A DNA stretch of 64,000 nucleotides from Eledone cirrhosa (Eukaryota), in contig OZ024759.1 in NCBI GenBank assembly GCA_964016885.1, forward strand, positions 28,830,001 through 28,894,000, written 5' to 3'. Within the stretch, counting starts at the first letter, position 1. Each line of letters opens with the position of its first letter. Both the position numbers and the translations under genes were made by a program. Positions 63,099-64,000 of the stretch are shown piece by piece. The notes under the pieces were generated by a model. That model had not been told where the DNA came from. It did not search any database and saw only the letters and a program-made list of their open reading frames with translations.

Positions 63099-63363
63099 CA
63101 CATAATGAACAAACAAACACATAAATACAGACAAACACACATCATACACGCCGAAGCCAGTAAGGTGCCTATATGTGTGAGAACAGGCTATATAATGTGA
63201 ATTGGGATGTTAAGCGTTTACACATGTTTCAGGCAAGTGTATATATTTCAACGTATCAGCCACAATTCACTTGACTCCCTAGCGATTACAGAACATATTC
63301 TACACCAACTCCCCCCCCCCCCCCCCCCACAGCCCTATATATATATGTGTGTGTGTGTTTATG

Positions 63364-63432
<69 letters not shown>

Positions 63433-63443
63433 TATATATATAT

Positions 63444-63491
<48 letters not shown>

Positions 63492-63636
63492 GTATATATA
63501 TATATATACATATAAATATAAATATATACACTCACATACATTATGTATATATATATATATATATACGTGCACACACAAACGTAAGTAAATAAACAAGTTC
63601 TAAGAAGGCATATATATATATATATATATATGTTCT

Positions 63637-63698
<62 letters not shown>

Positions 63699-63945
63699 AA
63701 TCAGGAAAGAAGAGTGACACGGTTTGCTATACAAAAAAGGTTTTTAATCTCATTGCTGACAATTGTTTCTCTGAACTGGTAGGTCTAGAGATCGCTACCC
63801 GCTTGTTTTCACGTCATTCGATCACCAATACATAGTTGACTCAAACTTAGCCAAGCGTATATATATATACACACGAATATATATATATATACACACAAAT
63901 ATATATATATATACACACAAATATATATATATATATATACACACA

Positions 63946-64000
<55 letters not shown>

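Noticed and set aside
63745-63775. Complete hammerhead on the minus strand
   Set aside because: Only the 3' half (GAAA-CAATTG-TC) is present and no CUGANGA partner was found, so it is counted only as a half motif.

Overview
Eukaryotic, non-genic (intronic or intergenic) DNA. It is most likely from an octopus or related cephalopod; this is inferred from the recurring tRNA-derived SINE consensus and the extreme microsatellite load. About half the window is (TA)n, (CA)n, (GA)n, (TACA)n, (GATA)n and trinucleotide microsatellite, which explains nearly every long ORF in the track. No host protein-coding exon, rRNA or intact tRNA could be supported. The main signal lies in the short unique islands between (TA)n tracts. 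About 20 carry hammerhead ribozyme (HHR) motifs of the minimal type associated with Penelope-like elements (PLEs): stem I, CUGANGA, stem II, GAAA, palindromic stem III, NUH, stem I'. They belong to at least six unrelated non-coding families. Six islands are asymmetric fold-back palindromes: four with head-to-head HHRs, two folded at the presumed stem II. Other retroelements also track specific microsatellites: Tx1/L1-like 3' ends in (GATA)n (5 copies), an R4-like restriction-like endonuclease fragment in (TACA)n, and RTE fragments, including C2H2-finger-tailed ones with a putative non-autonomous partner. One SINE has its Pol III A-box amplified 23 times. All structures were folded by eye; no ribozyme activity is demonstrated.
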